64,000 nucleotides of DNA. It comes from an uncultured Rickettsiales bacterium (GTDB lineage: Bacteria > Pseudomonadota > Alphaproteobacteria > Rickettsiales > UBA1997). Position numbers and translations under genes: made by a program. The notes below the pieces were generated by a model. That model was given only the letters and a program-made list of their open reading frames with translations. It was not told the origin of the DNA and did not search any database. The stretch covers positions 10,445 to 74,444 of the forward strand of contig CALXSG010000004.1 in the NCBI GenBank assembly GCA_944391075.1. The letters run 5' to 3'. Each line of letters opens with the position of its first letter. The first letter of the stretch is position 1. This document shows, one piece after another, positions 28,101-36,679 of the stretch.

Positions 28101-28158
28101 TATTACTATATAAAGTTAAACAAATAATAAAAATAATTTTATAAATATTTTTTATCAT
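25129..28158 (-). CDS. VirB6/TrbL-like T4SS inner-membrane protein with a Cys-rich N-terminal ectodomain (~1009 aa from the preferred start)
   Basis: Signal peptide MIKNIYKIIFIICLTLYSNISDTFA. The polytopic region contains LFLSPIIIPTLLFKKFNGIFQKWFKNLLGYAIQP, a VirB6/TrbL hallmark. The preferred ATG at 28158 overlaps the virB4 TGA as ATGA. The ORF track extends to 28194. Confidence 0.82.
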   Translation of the reverse strand: MIKNIYKIIFIICLTLYSNISDTFADLNLSRPLEQVYEVTEDGSDGLKFSSSFKIIGYNWVSGEPIIFEKDNSKWEMDNGYCWWNQSFGGFDFKDKFSISQSVLLNFKICGANWLTYGNEQAINDYNKAGGCEAGNCSAFANIKKYYPTRGAFNGSYKFEVNKCVRNINDCDGVVALERCQKGNNDNTCQPVDGGNYFTQNDRVFRENMYDGEEIINYACIDPRPEAKNYDIFRGEEQAYQTYYMRGYDYGNYLCERYLEKRSKTGDAFDIAYQCCLKAQQSVCIYKNEKNNLATFCSIYDNECKVDDIKFKVFKNFTVDSEVENTNRYCIKTYNLCPDNVNVEGGSDYATSVFERIPNEDSMKACQDSGDYANCEIQYDKDDCNDNGVVYPLCEGKNKNFFQYNRHCTQVSNNNIEFIYANTYSPYLDKACLNLVGNSHNTTGYASYSAYNRAVDLYPKTIFAPAVECVVETMKNLLLNKAGHTRCKVISETPNHMNECESGEIFKAGQEFDTNIVSSDGVDSYKHPLQDIIRYTKNITYMFIAFAISLYGYNVLIKGGALGSRYDIVMLIVKISFIVALTVNTSWYNLIFKFTYALNDLLFSTVSKIGFETLVDEHGNLVRDDGCYFGDITSLRFTDDSPEIIEAIAKYDNNYDDYPSDRRYVSFFDALDCKIAKYFGYSAFDNGTGWGIVKLYVLSIIWPFGLGLFIGFISMFLGITLFIFALKIVYIYVASMIAITILLFLSPIIIPTLLFKKFNGIFQKWFKNLLGYAIQPFVMVAFVSISIMIIDNFMLGSGLFTGSGPNKELVCGFACYDQDTGDLVAYTSKRNAFVSYYLNTEINDLEKQGISQEQKELEMQKIWINVLDKLKGNADLKNCKSGDKIIDIKRNSPLCLMSNISTDLVFGIIFRITDVVINDVITLLSILILVVVLDNMLNRVPRIASTLTGSAAIPGLGADVNPMVVAGKAVQTVLFVKRLTVGAVKKIVNKSSTSKLREKVAAQKEQDKG

Positions 28159-30548
28159 AACTTCCTCACTCTTTTGTAAAATATTGGCAACCAATCTTCT
28201 GGTTTATCACTTTTTATTTCTTCAATAATTTGATCAAGTAATAAAACAGTTTCAGCTCTTCCAGATAATACATTTATTACATCTGTCATACCTGATAAAT
28301 CAATTTTTGCAACAACACCACTATTATCTTGTTTAATTAAAAAATATCTACTACCGGGATCAATACTCTTTATAAGTTGAAATTCTCTTGCTGATAGCAT
28401 AAATACACTTCTATAAGCTTCTGTAGCTCTTAAATTAGGTAAATAAATTTGAGTAGCCGTTTGTTGAACAAGTGTATCAGAAATAGCACTTTTTGTGGCA
28501 TCTTCAACCGATTGTGTAGCAAAGACAACAAACGCATTTAACTTTCTTAAAACTTTTAACCAATCCTTAATTCTAGGTGCAAAAACAGGATTATCAATTA
28601 ATGCCCAAGCCTCATCAAGAATAATCATTGTAGGTGTTCCATCTAAAGAAGCATTAATTCTTTGAAATAAATAAAGCAAAACAGGGTTAATACTAATTTT
28701 ATCTTTTAATAATTCGCCCATTTCAAAACCAAATATCTTAGATGAAAAGAAATCAATATTATCGGTTTCATTATCAAATAATTTTGCACGTGAACCATCA
28801 GAATGCCACATTTCTAACCTTCCCGCTAATGTATCAGGACCAGAAATACCTAAGAATGGTGCTATATTTCTTAAAATTCTTTTTTTGGGTGGTAATTTAT
28901 AATTACCATTAACAGCTTCTGTAATTCTAGCCATATCACTTGCTGTAACTTTTTCACCATTAACACTTACCATACTTCTAATCCAGTCTATTAGAAAATC
29001 TTTATTTTCATTGGTTTCTGGCAGTAATAATGGATTAAAGCCAGCTGATTTACTAGTTTCTATTGTTGTATATTTACCACCCATAGCTCTAATAAATATT
29101 TCCGCACCTCTATCCTTATCAAAAAAGAACATTCTGCAATTAAATTTTTGTGCCTGTGCACATAAAAAGTTCATTGTAACTGTTTTACCACTACCAGTAG
29201 GTCCAACAATCATTGTGTGTCCAACATCCCTAACATGAAAATTAAAGAAAAATGGTGTACCTGAAACCGTATTTAAAACAGTAACAGCAGGTCCCCAATG
29301 ATTTCTTCTAATTCTACCAGAAGGATAATTATGTAAAGAGGCAAAACTTGCTAGATTTAATGTATTTATTGTAGCTGCTCTTACAACATATTGGAAATTT
29401 CCAGGCAACTGTGCCCAAAATACAGCTTCCATATTCATTCTTTCTCTAACAGCATTTATACCCATATTAGAAAATTCTACAACAATCATTGATAAATCAT
29501 TCTCAATTGATTTTATGGTATCATCTATACACATAACCGTCATATGATGCTTTCCAAAAGCAAACTTACCACTCATAATTTCATCTAATGCTTGATCTAT
29601 TTCTTGAATTTGAGATACAGCAACATCTTCAGATTGAATCATTCTCCTTTGTTGTAATTGTATACTACTAATAGCAATTGTTCTATTAACAAATTTAAAT
29701 GATTGTGAAATAATAAATTCAAATGGCAATTGCAAAAAACCATCCATCATACCAGCATTTGTTGCATTTCTATATTCTTTTAAAGAAACCATACCACCAT
29801 ATTTAGTTTCAAATGGCATTTTTACTTCAAAATTTTTAGCGCCAAAATATATTCTATTGGTTGGCAAATAAGATGCAAAACCATATGGAATAAATCTATA
29901 ATTTTGTACATAACCGCAATTAACTATACTTCCTAAAAAATTACATATTTCTGAGAAAATACCATCACTGGTTTCCACAACATCAAGTAATTCAGCACCA
30001 TAATTTGATAGACCATTCAAAATTCTAGATGTCAATTCTTCTATTTCACTAAAATTTTCTCTCATATTTTTGATTCTAGCATTTTCATCAGCTTTATTTC
30101 GAAGTCTTCTGGCAAAAGTCGCAACTTTTGCTAAACCGGCTTTGTCATCCATTCTTATAATACTAACATACTCTTCATTAGCAAAACTTCTATCACCATC
30201 ATGCTTGCGCTTCCATTCTTCATTTACTTTTTTTGCAAAAATATTTGTCATCTCTCCTTCTGGAAAAGCCTCTTTTCTTCGTCTAATTGTATGAAAATAA
30301 AGCCCTAAATTACCAGAAGCCATACTTTTAAATAAATTATTTCTATGATTCTTCTTTATATCTATTTCTTCGTCATCAGCAGTTTCAAAAGAAAAACCTT
30401 TAATTCTTACAACTCTTAATAAGGCATTATCTTTCATTAAAATGGTATTAGAATTCCAAAAACATTTATATGGTATGTAAATGGAAGATGAAGTTTCCCA
30501 TTTGAAATATTTATTTTTAGGAGGTTGTATAATGCCTAATTTCATCAA
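28155..30548 (-). CDS. virB4: Type IV secretion system ATPase VirB4
   Basis: 797 aa. Walker A GPTGSGKT and Walker B MIILDEAW. Size and neighbours (virB3 upstream, virB6-like downstream) fit. Confidence 0.93.
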   Translation of the reverse strand: MMKLGIIQPPKNKYFKWETSSSIYIPYKCFWNSNTILMKDNALLRVVRIKGFSFETADDEEIDIKKNHRNNLFKSMASGNLGLYFHTIRRRKEAFPEGEMTNIFAKKVNEEWKRKHDGDRSFANEEYVSIIRMDDKAGLAKVATFARRLRNKADENARIKNMRENFSEIEELTSRILNGLSNYGAELLDVVETSDGIFSEICNFLGSIVNCGYVQNYRFIPYGFASYLPTNRIYFGAKNFEVKMPFETKYGGMVSLKEYRNATNAGMMDGFLQLPFEFIISQSFKFVNRTIAISSIQLQQRRMIQSEDVAVSQIQEIDQALDEIMSGKFAFGKHHMTVMCIDDTIKSIENDLSMIVVEFSNMGINAVRERMNMEAVFWAQLPGNFQYVVRAATINTLNLASFASLHNYPSGRIRRNHWGPAVTVLNTVSGTPFFFNFHVRDVGHTMIVGPTGSGKTVTMNFLCAQAQKFNCRMFFFDKDRGAEIFIRAMGGKYTTIETSKSAGFNPLLLPETNENKDFLIDWIRSMVSVNGEKVTASDMARITEAVNGNYKLPPKKRILRNIAPFLGISGPDTLAGRLEMWHSDGSRAKLFDNETDNIDFFSSKIFGFEMGELLKDKISINPVLLYLFQRINASLDGTPTMIILDEAWALIDNPVFAPRIKDWLKVLRKLNAFVVFATQSVEDATKSAISDTLVQQTATQIYLPNLRATEAYRSVFMLSAREFQLIKSIDPGSRYFLIKQDNSGVVAKIDLSGMTDVINVLSGRAETVLLLDQIIEEIKSDKPEDWLPIFYKRVRKL

Positions 30549-30561
30549 TTTGTCCCATTAA

Positions 30562-30861
30562 TTAATAAAGGTCATAAGAATTTGTTCCATTATAAAATGT
30601 CCTGTTTTTACATCTCATAAAATTGCTACTTTTCATAATAACAATCTCTAAAGCTAGTGGTTCTTTTAAACAAATTATATAAGCAATACCGTGTAAAAGT
30701 GGTAACATAACAATTAAATAAATAAATTTATTTGTCATCACAAATAGTAATAATGAACCTAGAATATTTAAAGAAGCAAACACATAGGACACACCAAGAA
30801 TCATACTTGATCTGGTCAAACCTAAGAACAATGAATCAACTTCTATTTTTCCATCAGCCAT
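30562..30861 (-). CDS. virB3: Type IV secretion system protein VirB3
   Basis: From ATG 30861: MADGKIEVDSLFLGLTRSSMILGVSY..., with two TM helices. This is typical VirB3 size and motif (LF.GLTRP.M.GV). The longer ORF-track start at 30954 adds only an I/L/F-rich extension. Confidence 0.8.
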   Translation of the reverse strand: MADGKIEVDSLFLGLTRSSMILGVSYVFASLNILGSLLLFVMTNKFIYLIVMLPLLHGIAYIICLKEPLALEIVIMKSSNFMRCKNRTFYNGTNSYDLY

Positions 30862-31025
30862 AAAAAATATAACGTTATATAATATATATATTAACAAGTA
30901 TAAAACTAAAATCAAGAAAAAAACAAAGATATTTTTGTTTTTTAAAAAAATCAAACTATATAAAAGTGTTGCAATATTAAAAAATAAAATTAAAATTATA
31001 GTAATTTGAATGAATAAGGAAAAAA

Positions 31026-32252
31026 ATGGATAAAGTAAATGTAGCTGTCTTTTTTGGTGGAAAATCTTTTGAACACGATGTTAGTATTTTAACTGGTTTA
31101 GAAGCATGCTACGCATTAGATACTGAAAAATATAATTTAATACCTGTTTATGTTGATTTAAATAATCATTTTTGGACAGGTGATGCATTACTTGATAAAA
31201 ATTTTTACCCTTTAAATAATTGGGGTAAAAAATTGGTTAACGAAGCAAAACTTATAATTGGAGAAGACAAACCAACCTTAGAGATTAAAAAACAAGGTAT
31301 GTTTGCAAAAACAACAGAATATATTACATTTGATGTAGCTTTATTAGCATTTCATGGTGAATATGGTGAAAATGGCCCAATGCAAGGTTTATTTGAAGTA
31401 GCTAATATTCCATATACAGGTTGCAGAACACTTTCTGCTGCTGTTTGTATGAATAAATCAATGGCAAAAACCATTGTTGCATCAGTTGGAGTTCCCGTTT
31501 TACCTGAAATATTAATCAAAAAACCAACAAATAATGACTTCTTTGATATTAATGAATTTACAAAAGAAATGCCATTTGATTTTCCTGTTATAGTTAAACC
31601 AGTAGCATTAGGAAGTAGCGTTGGTGTTAGTAAAGCAAATAATAAAGATGAATTAAATGTTTCTGTTCTTCAAGTCTTTACACTTGGTGAAGACGCTTTA
31701 ATTGAACCATTTGTTGAAAATTTAGAAGAATATAATATTTCTGTTACAAAAGCATTAGATGAAACTATCAAACATTCAATTATTGAACATCCATTAAAGA
31801 AAAATGCTGAATTTTTAGGTTTTGTTGAAAAATATTTATCTAACTCAGGCACAAAAGGTGGTGTTAAAAAAGCTGGAAGTAAATTAATGTCAAATAATGA
31901 AAAGCTTGGCATGATTTCTTTAACACGCGACTTTACAATCAAAGAATTAACCGATAAACAAAAAGAAGATATTACAAATTGGGCATTAAATGCTTTTGAA
32001 GCATTAGAATGCAATGGTATTGTAAGAATTGACTTTATGTATAATTCAAAGACAAAAGAATTCTATTTTACAGAAGCAAATACAATTCCTGGTTCTTTTG
32101 CTTATTACTTATGGGAAGCAAGCGAACCTAGCTATACATATACAGATTTAATGACAGCTTTAATTAATGAAGCACTTGAATTGCAAAAAACTAAAAAGGG
32201 AGATATAATCTTATCGTCATCTAAATCTAGTATATTTAAGGAGAAAGAATAA
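31026..32252 (+). CDS. ddl: D-alanine--D-alanine ligase family ATP-grasp enzyme (long form with insertion)
   Basis: VAVFFGGKSFEHDVSILTG, AFHGEYGENGPMQGLFE..IPYTG, VKPVALGSSVGVSK and EANTIPG motifs match Ddl. An extra ~40-aa K/G/S-rich insert lies before the C-terminal lobe. Confidence 0.8.
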   Translation: MDKVNVAVFFGGKSFEHDVSILTGLEACYALDTEKYNLIPVYVDLNNHFWTGDALLDKNFYPLNNWGKKLVNEAKLIIGEDKPTLEIKKQGMFAKTTEYITFDVALLAFHGEYGENGPMQGLFEVANIPYTGCRTLSAAVCMNKSMAKTIVASVGVPVLPEILIKKPTNNDFFDINEFTKEMPFDFPVIVKPVALGSSVGVSKANNKDELNVSVLQVFTLGEDALIEPFVENLEEYNISVTKALDETIKHSIIEHPLKKNAEFLGFVEKYLSNSGTKGGVKKAGSKLMSNNEKLGMISLTRDFTIKELTDKQKEDITNWALNAFEALECNGIVRIDFMYNSKTKEFYFTEANTIPGSFAYYLWEASEPSYTYTDLMTALINEALELQKTKKGDIILSSSKSSIFKEKE

Positions 32253-32253
32253 T

Positions 32254-32988
32254 ATGTATTCAACAAAGCTTGAAGGAAAAGAAAATACTAAACTAAGAAT
32301 CATATGGCTACATGGTTGGGGTGCTGATCATAAAGCCATGATTCCTTTAGCTACATATTTTATAAATCAAGCTGAAAATTATCTTGTTGATTTGCCTGGT
32401 TTTGGACAAACAAAAGCTCCTGAAAAATCATGTGGTAGTGAATGGTATGCTGATCAGGTTGCTAGTTTTATTGAATCATTACCTAAAAAGAAAACCGTAA
32501 TTATTGGGCATTCTAATGGTGGTAGAATTACTATTTCCTTAGCAAGTAAATATAATAATCTTGTAGATGGTATTGTTTTAATTAATGGAGCTGGTATTCC
32601 ACCAAAAAGAAATATTTTCTTTAAATTTTATTCATGGAGTATCAAAACTTTTGGACCAACACTAAAAAAAATATTTCCATTTTTAAAAAAAATATCATTA
32701 AGTTCCACTGATTATAAAAATGCCAATGGAGTTATGAAAGAAGTTTTTTTAAATGTAATTAAAGAAGATCTTAGAGAAAAAGCAAAAAATATCACTGTAC
32801 CAACACTTTTAATTTACGGAGAAATTGATAGAGATACACCTGTATATATGGGTGAAGAATACAATGAAAGTATTAAAGGTTCTATATTAAAAATAATTCA
32901 AGATGCAGGACATTGGGGTCCTCTTATTGAATTTAGAACAAAAACTCATCACATTATTACAAACTTTATAAGGGAGAAACTATGTTAA
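32254..32988 (+). CDS. Alpha/beta-fold hydrolase
   Basis: Nucleophile elbow GHSNGG, late acidic residue (GEIDRDTP) and His (DAGHWGP). The start lies 2 nt after the ddl stop. Confidence 0.75.
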   Translation: MYSTKLEGKENTKLRIIWLHGWGADHKAMIPLATYFINQAENYLVDLPGFGQTKAPEKSCGSEWYADQVASFIESLPKKKTVIIGHSNGGRITISLASKYNNLVDGIVLINGAGIPPKRNIFFKFYSWSIKTFGPTLKKIFPFLKKISLSSTDYKNANGVMKEVFLNVIKEDLREKAKNITVPTLLIYGEIDRDTPVYMGEEYNESIKGSILKIIQDAGHWGPLIEFRTKTHHIITNFIREKLC

Positions 32989-34541
32989 GCTTAGATGTTT
33001 ATATTTTTGCTATTGCAAATTTTTTATTCTGTTATGTTAGATCAAAATTCTTAATGTTATTCTTTCAACAAGAAGAATATCGTAATACATGGTTTCTAAA
33101 ATATATTTTTAGACGTGCCGAATTGATTGATAAAAAATTAACATTTGGTTTATTATTAATATGGGTTTTATCTCTTGAATTTCCAATTTTAGTATGGTTA
33201 ATGCTACCATTATTCTTAGTATTTATGGTTAGTGAATACATTTTCTTAACAAAAGCAAAGAAAAAACTAAATATGACTTCAAGAGTTAAAAGAATATTAT
33301 TTATGAACTCATTATTAGTTGCCTTTACTATTGGCCTTTGTACAATAGAATATACTCAGTTAATGACAGCTATAATAATAGCTCAATTATTACCATTCTT
33401 ATTAATATTAAGTAATATCATTTTAAGTCCATTCGAAAATAGTATACAAAATAAGTTTAAAAATGAAGCAATTAAAAAAATTCAACAATTAAATCCAATA
33501 GTAATTGGTATTACAGGTTCATATGGCAAAACATCTACGAAATATATATTAGCACATATATTATCATCTAATTTGCCTACTTTATGGACTCCAGGCAGTG
33601 TTAATACAGAAATGGGAATTACAAGAATCATTAGAGAACAATTAAAACCAGAACATAAGTATTTTATTGTTGAAATGGGAGCTTATTTCAAAGGTTCAAT
33701 AGAAAAATTGTGTAAATTAACAAATCCACGACACGGTATTATTACATCAATAGGACAAGCACATTATGAACATTTTAAAACGCAAGAAACAATAGCTTCT
33801 GCTAAATTTGAATTGGGAGAATGGGTTAAGAAAAATAATGGTATTTTAGTTATAAATGCCGATCAAATTGAAGAAAGATTTATACCTATGAACATGCCAT
33901 TAGTAAAAGTTGGAACAAGTTATGATACTTATATATCAAATGTTAATCAATCTGTAGATGGTTTAAGCTTTAATTTCCATACAGATGGTGAAACATATGA
34001 TGTATTTACTCCAATCTATGGTGAACATCAAGCATCTAATATTGCTATTGCTATTGAAATGGCTTTAAAACTTGGTATGTCAATAAATACAATATTAGCT
34101 GCTTTAAAAACTCTTCCACAAATTAATCATAGATTACAGGTTTTACATAAAGACAACGATATTACAATGATTGATGATGCTTATAATTCAAATATTGATG
34201 GCTTTAAATCTGGTCTTAATTTATTACAAACATTAAGAAAGACAAGAAGAATTTTAGTAACACCTGGAATGGTTGAATTAGGAAAATTACATAATGACTT
34301 ACATTATGAAATTGGAAAATATGCAGGCGAAAGAGTTGATATAGCTGTTATAGTTAGACCTGATAGAATACCGACATTCATAAAAGGTTTTACAGAAACA
34401 GCATTACAACAAACACAATTAATTGAAGCTGATTCTTTCCACGATGTACAAGTATGGTTAGACAAAAATTTACAACCTGGTGATGTTGTATTACTAGAAA
34501 ATGATTTAACTGATATTTATGAAAGTAAAAAAAGCTTATAA
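32982..34541 (+). CDS. Membrane-anchored Mur ligase family protein (MurF-like catalytic and C-terminal domains)
   Basis: The first ~150 aa contain about 4 hydrophobic helices. Then come the P-loop GITGSYGKTSTK, IDDAYNSNIDGF and TPGMVELGKLHNDLH motifs, as in MurF. Overlaps the hydrolase gene by 7 nt. Confidence 0.75.
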   Translation: MLSLDVYIFAIANFLFCYVRSKFLMLFFQQEEYRNTWFLKYIFRRAELIDKKLTFGLLLIWVLSLEFPILVWLMLPLFLVFMVSEYIFLTKAKKKLNMTSRVKRILFMNSLLVAFTIGLCTIEYTQLMTAIIIAQLLPFLLILSNIILSPFENSIQNKFKNEAIKKIQQLNPIVIGITGSYGKTSTKYILAHILSSNLPTLWTPGSVNTEMGITRIIREQLKPEHKYFIVEMGAYFKGSIEKLCKLTNPRHGIITSIGQAHYEHFKTQETIASAKFELGEWVKKNNGILVINADQIEERFIPMNMPLVKVGTSYDTYISNVNQSVDGLSFNFHTDGETYDVFTPIYGEHQASNIAIAIEMALKLGMSINTILAALKTLPQINHRLQVLHKDNDITMIDDAYNSNIDGFKSGLNLLQTLRKTRRILVTPGMVELGKLHNDLHYEIGKYAGERVDIAVIVRPDRIPTFIKGFTETALQQTQLIEADSFHDVQVWLDKNLQPGDVVLLENDLTDIYESKKSL

Positions 34542-34546
34542 TATTT

Positions 34547-34578
34547 AAATCACTAGTTTATCTAGTGATTTTTATTAT
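34547..34578 (+). terminator. Rho-independent terminator after the ddl-hydrolase-Mur ligase operon
   Basis: 10-bp stem AAATCACTAG/CTAGTGATTT (34547-34556 and 34562-34571) with loop TTTAT, then a T-rich tail TTATTAT. Confidence 0.7.
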
Positions 34579-34593
34579 CAAAAGAGATTGAAT

Positions 34594-35532
34594 ATGATAG
34601 ATATAGATTTAATACATAAATATTTTCCAAAGATAGAAATTAATGATACAAAATTAATTACAGAAGGTTGGGAAAGTGATATATTAGTTGTAAATAACGA
34701 ATATGTTTTTAGATTTCCAAAAGAAAATAATAGATTTGATTGCGTTTATGAAAAAGAAAAAATTATAACTGATAATATTAGAAAATTTATATCAACAGAA
34801 ATTTCAAATATTCAAATATATAAACACAAAGATACAATATTTACAGTTCTAAAATATATACCAGGTGAAAATCTATATCATACTACTGCCAATATAGTTG
34901 ATGACTTTTCTAATTTTTTGAAAGAAATTCACTCAGTGGATATTAAGGTTTTAAAAAAATATAAATTAGATGCTGATAATTTACCATTTTATAAATATAG
35001 ATTAAGTTTAAGTAATTTTTCATTTAATTATGATACTTTGCCCGATTTATTAAAAAAATATAATTTAGATGATGATTTTAATAATTGTGTAAATACATTC
35101 ACAGCATTTGATTACAGAGATGAAGATGATGTTTTATGCCATAATGATTTACATAAAGGAAATATTATAGTTAATAATGGAAAATTAAGTGGAATAATTG
35201 ATTTTGGTGATACTATTTATACAAACTACAATATTGAATTTATATCAATATTTAAATGGCAAGAAGAAATTATTATTGATATAAAACAAAAATATGAAGA
35301 AATTACTGAAAGAAAATTGAATATATCTTTCATAACATCTATTATTAAGATGGCTTTATATTCAAAAATTAGTTATACAGAAGGCGATATTACAAAATAC
35401 TTAAAAAGATTACAATTATTCACGGCAATAGAAGAACTATTTAAAGAAGAAAATTTATCTAACTTTGAACAAAATAGAAATAAATTAAAAGTTTTATTTA
35501 CTGATAAGATGGTTGCTAGAACTCATAAATAA
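34594..35532 (+). CDS. Phosphotransferase (APH/choline-kinase-like protein kinase fold)
   Basis: Brenner motif HNDLHKGNIIV and IDFGD. ATG at 34594 (the ORF-track start at 34588 is TTG). Confidence 0.75.
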   Translation: MIDIDLIHKYFPKIEINDTKLITEGWESDILVVNNEYVFRFPKENNRFDCVYEKEKIITDNIRKFISTEISNIQIYKHKDTIFTVLKYIPGENLYHTTANIVDDFSNFLKEIHSVDIKVLKKYKLDADNLPFYKYRLSLSNFSFNYDTLPDLLKKYNLDDDFNNCVNTFTAFDYRDEDDVLCHNDLHKGNIIVNNGKLSGIIDFGDTIYTNYNIEFISIFKWQEEIIIDIKQKYEEITERKLNISFITSIIKMALYSKISYTEGDITKYLKRLQLFTAIEELFKEENLSNFEQNRNKLKVLFTDKMVARTHK

Positions 35533-35537
35533 TATAA

Positions 35538-36203
35538 TTAAATATTTTGAAATTCTAAAAAGTAGCTTTCTCTGCCTTCTTTTATAGCTTTTTGTTGATA
35601 TCTTGTTATAACCCACCACTGTGGCTCTTTTTTACAGCTCTCTAAATCATTAAACATTGGTTTAAGTTTTGAATTTATATGTTCAATAGTCCACTCAACA
35701 TAATTCAATATATCACTAGCAAAAAATAATGTACCACCAATTTTAAGCTTTAACTTAACTAATTCTATAAATTCATCATTTATAATACGTCTTTTGTTTT
35801 GCTTCTTTTTAGGCCATGGATCAGGAAATAATATAAAAATTTTATCTATGGAGTGATTAGGCATATTTTCAAGTAATAATCTAGCATCACCATTATGTAA
35901 TTTAATATTTTCAATTTTCTCTGTTTGCATTTTGGATATTAAAGATAATACACCATTAACATAAGTTTCACAAGCTATAATAGTAGTTTGTGAGTTTAAT
36001 TTTGCTTGATGTACAGTATGTTCACCATAACCAAAACCAATTTCAAAAAATATATTATTGTTATTATCACATAAACTTTTAAGATATTCTTTATTATTTT
36101 CTACTCGATATAATGGCAAAATATTATCTAATGTATTAATTTTACTATCACTTAATTTGCGCCCTTTAATTCTACCAAAGCTCCTAATCTTTGTATTTTC
36201 CAT
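35538..36203 (-). CDS. trmB: tRNA (guanine46-N7)-methyltransferase
   Basis: EIGFGYGEH and LFPDPWPKKKQNKRR motifs. Confidence 0.9.
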   Translation of the reverse strand: MENTKIRSFGRIKGRKLSDSKINTLDNILPLYRVENNKEYLKSLCDNNNNIFFEIGFGYGEHTVHQAKLNSQTTIIACETYVNGVLSLISKMQTEKIENIKLHNGDARLLLENMPNHSIDKIFILFPDPWPKKKQNKRRIINDEFIELVKLKLKIGGTLFFASDILNYVEWTIEHINSKLKPMFNDLESCKKEPQWWVITRYQQKAIKEGRESYFLEFQNI

Positions 36204-36665
36204 TTATATACCCCATATATTTTTAGATTCTAACCAACCTATCTTATTATTAACCTCAACTTTGCACCAATCTTTTTCGCATTTGTCTAATTTTGCAACA
36301 ACATTTTCTTCTAATCTAAAAATAGGATTTGATTCTAAATCATCCTTTTTATACAATATTTGTGTACCATTCTTTACAATAATATATCTTGCTTTCATAG
36401 TTAAATTTTTGCTAACCCAACCTTCATCATTATCTTTATCAACAACTTTATACCAACCTTCATATTCTCCTAAAACTTTAAGTGGCATTGCTTTTATTTT
36501 ATATACATATTTTATTGGATATTCATTTCCTGGTCCAACTCTTAAATTTACCTTATTAGATCTTAATGATACAAATAAATTATTATCGTTAGCAACATTT
36601 TCACTAGCTAATAAATAATGACAGTTAAAAAATATTAAAAATAAAAAAATATAAATTTTAAACAT
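36204..36665 (-). CDS. Secreted SH3-domain protein (alphaproteobacterial DUF1058 type)
   Basis: Signal peptide, then FVSLRSNKVNLRVGPGNEYPIKYVYK...WYKVVDKDNDEGWVSKNL. Confidence 0.75.
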   Translation of the reverse strand: MFKIYIFLFLIFFNCHYLLASENVANDNNLFVSLRSNKVNLRVGPGNEYPIKYVYKIKAMPLKVLGEYEGWYKVVDKDNDEGWVSKNLTMKARYIIVKNGTQILYKKDDLESNPIFRLEENVVAKLDKCEKDWCKVEVNNKIGWLESKNIWGI

Positions 36666-36679
36666 ATAAAAAATATTTA

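Noticed and set aside
30862-30954. N-terminal 31-aa extension of the virB3 ORF. Similar ORF-track extensions occur for pflB (to 16583), fur (to 17154), adhE (to 54328), rne (to 49332), MBL (to 51662) and htrA (to 62995).
   Set aside because: The extensions are I/L/F/K/N-rich with no homology expectation. Internal ATGs give canonical family N-termini and often have a better RBS. Several ORF-track starts are TTG codons.
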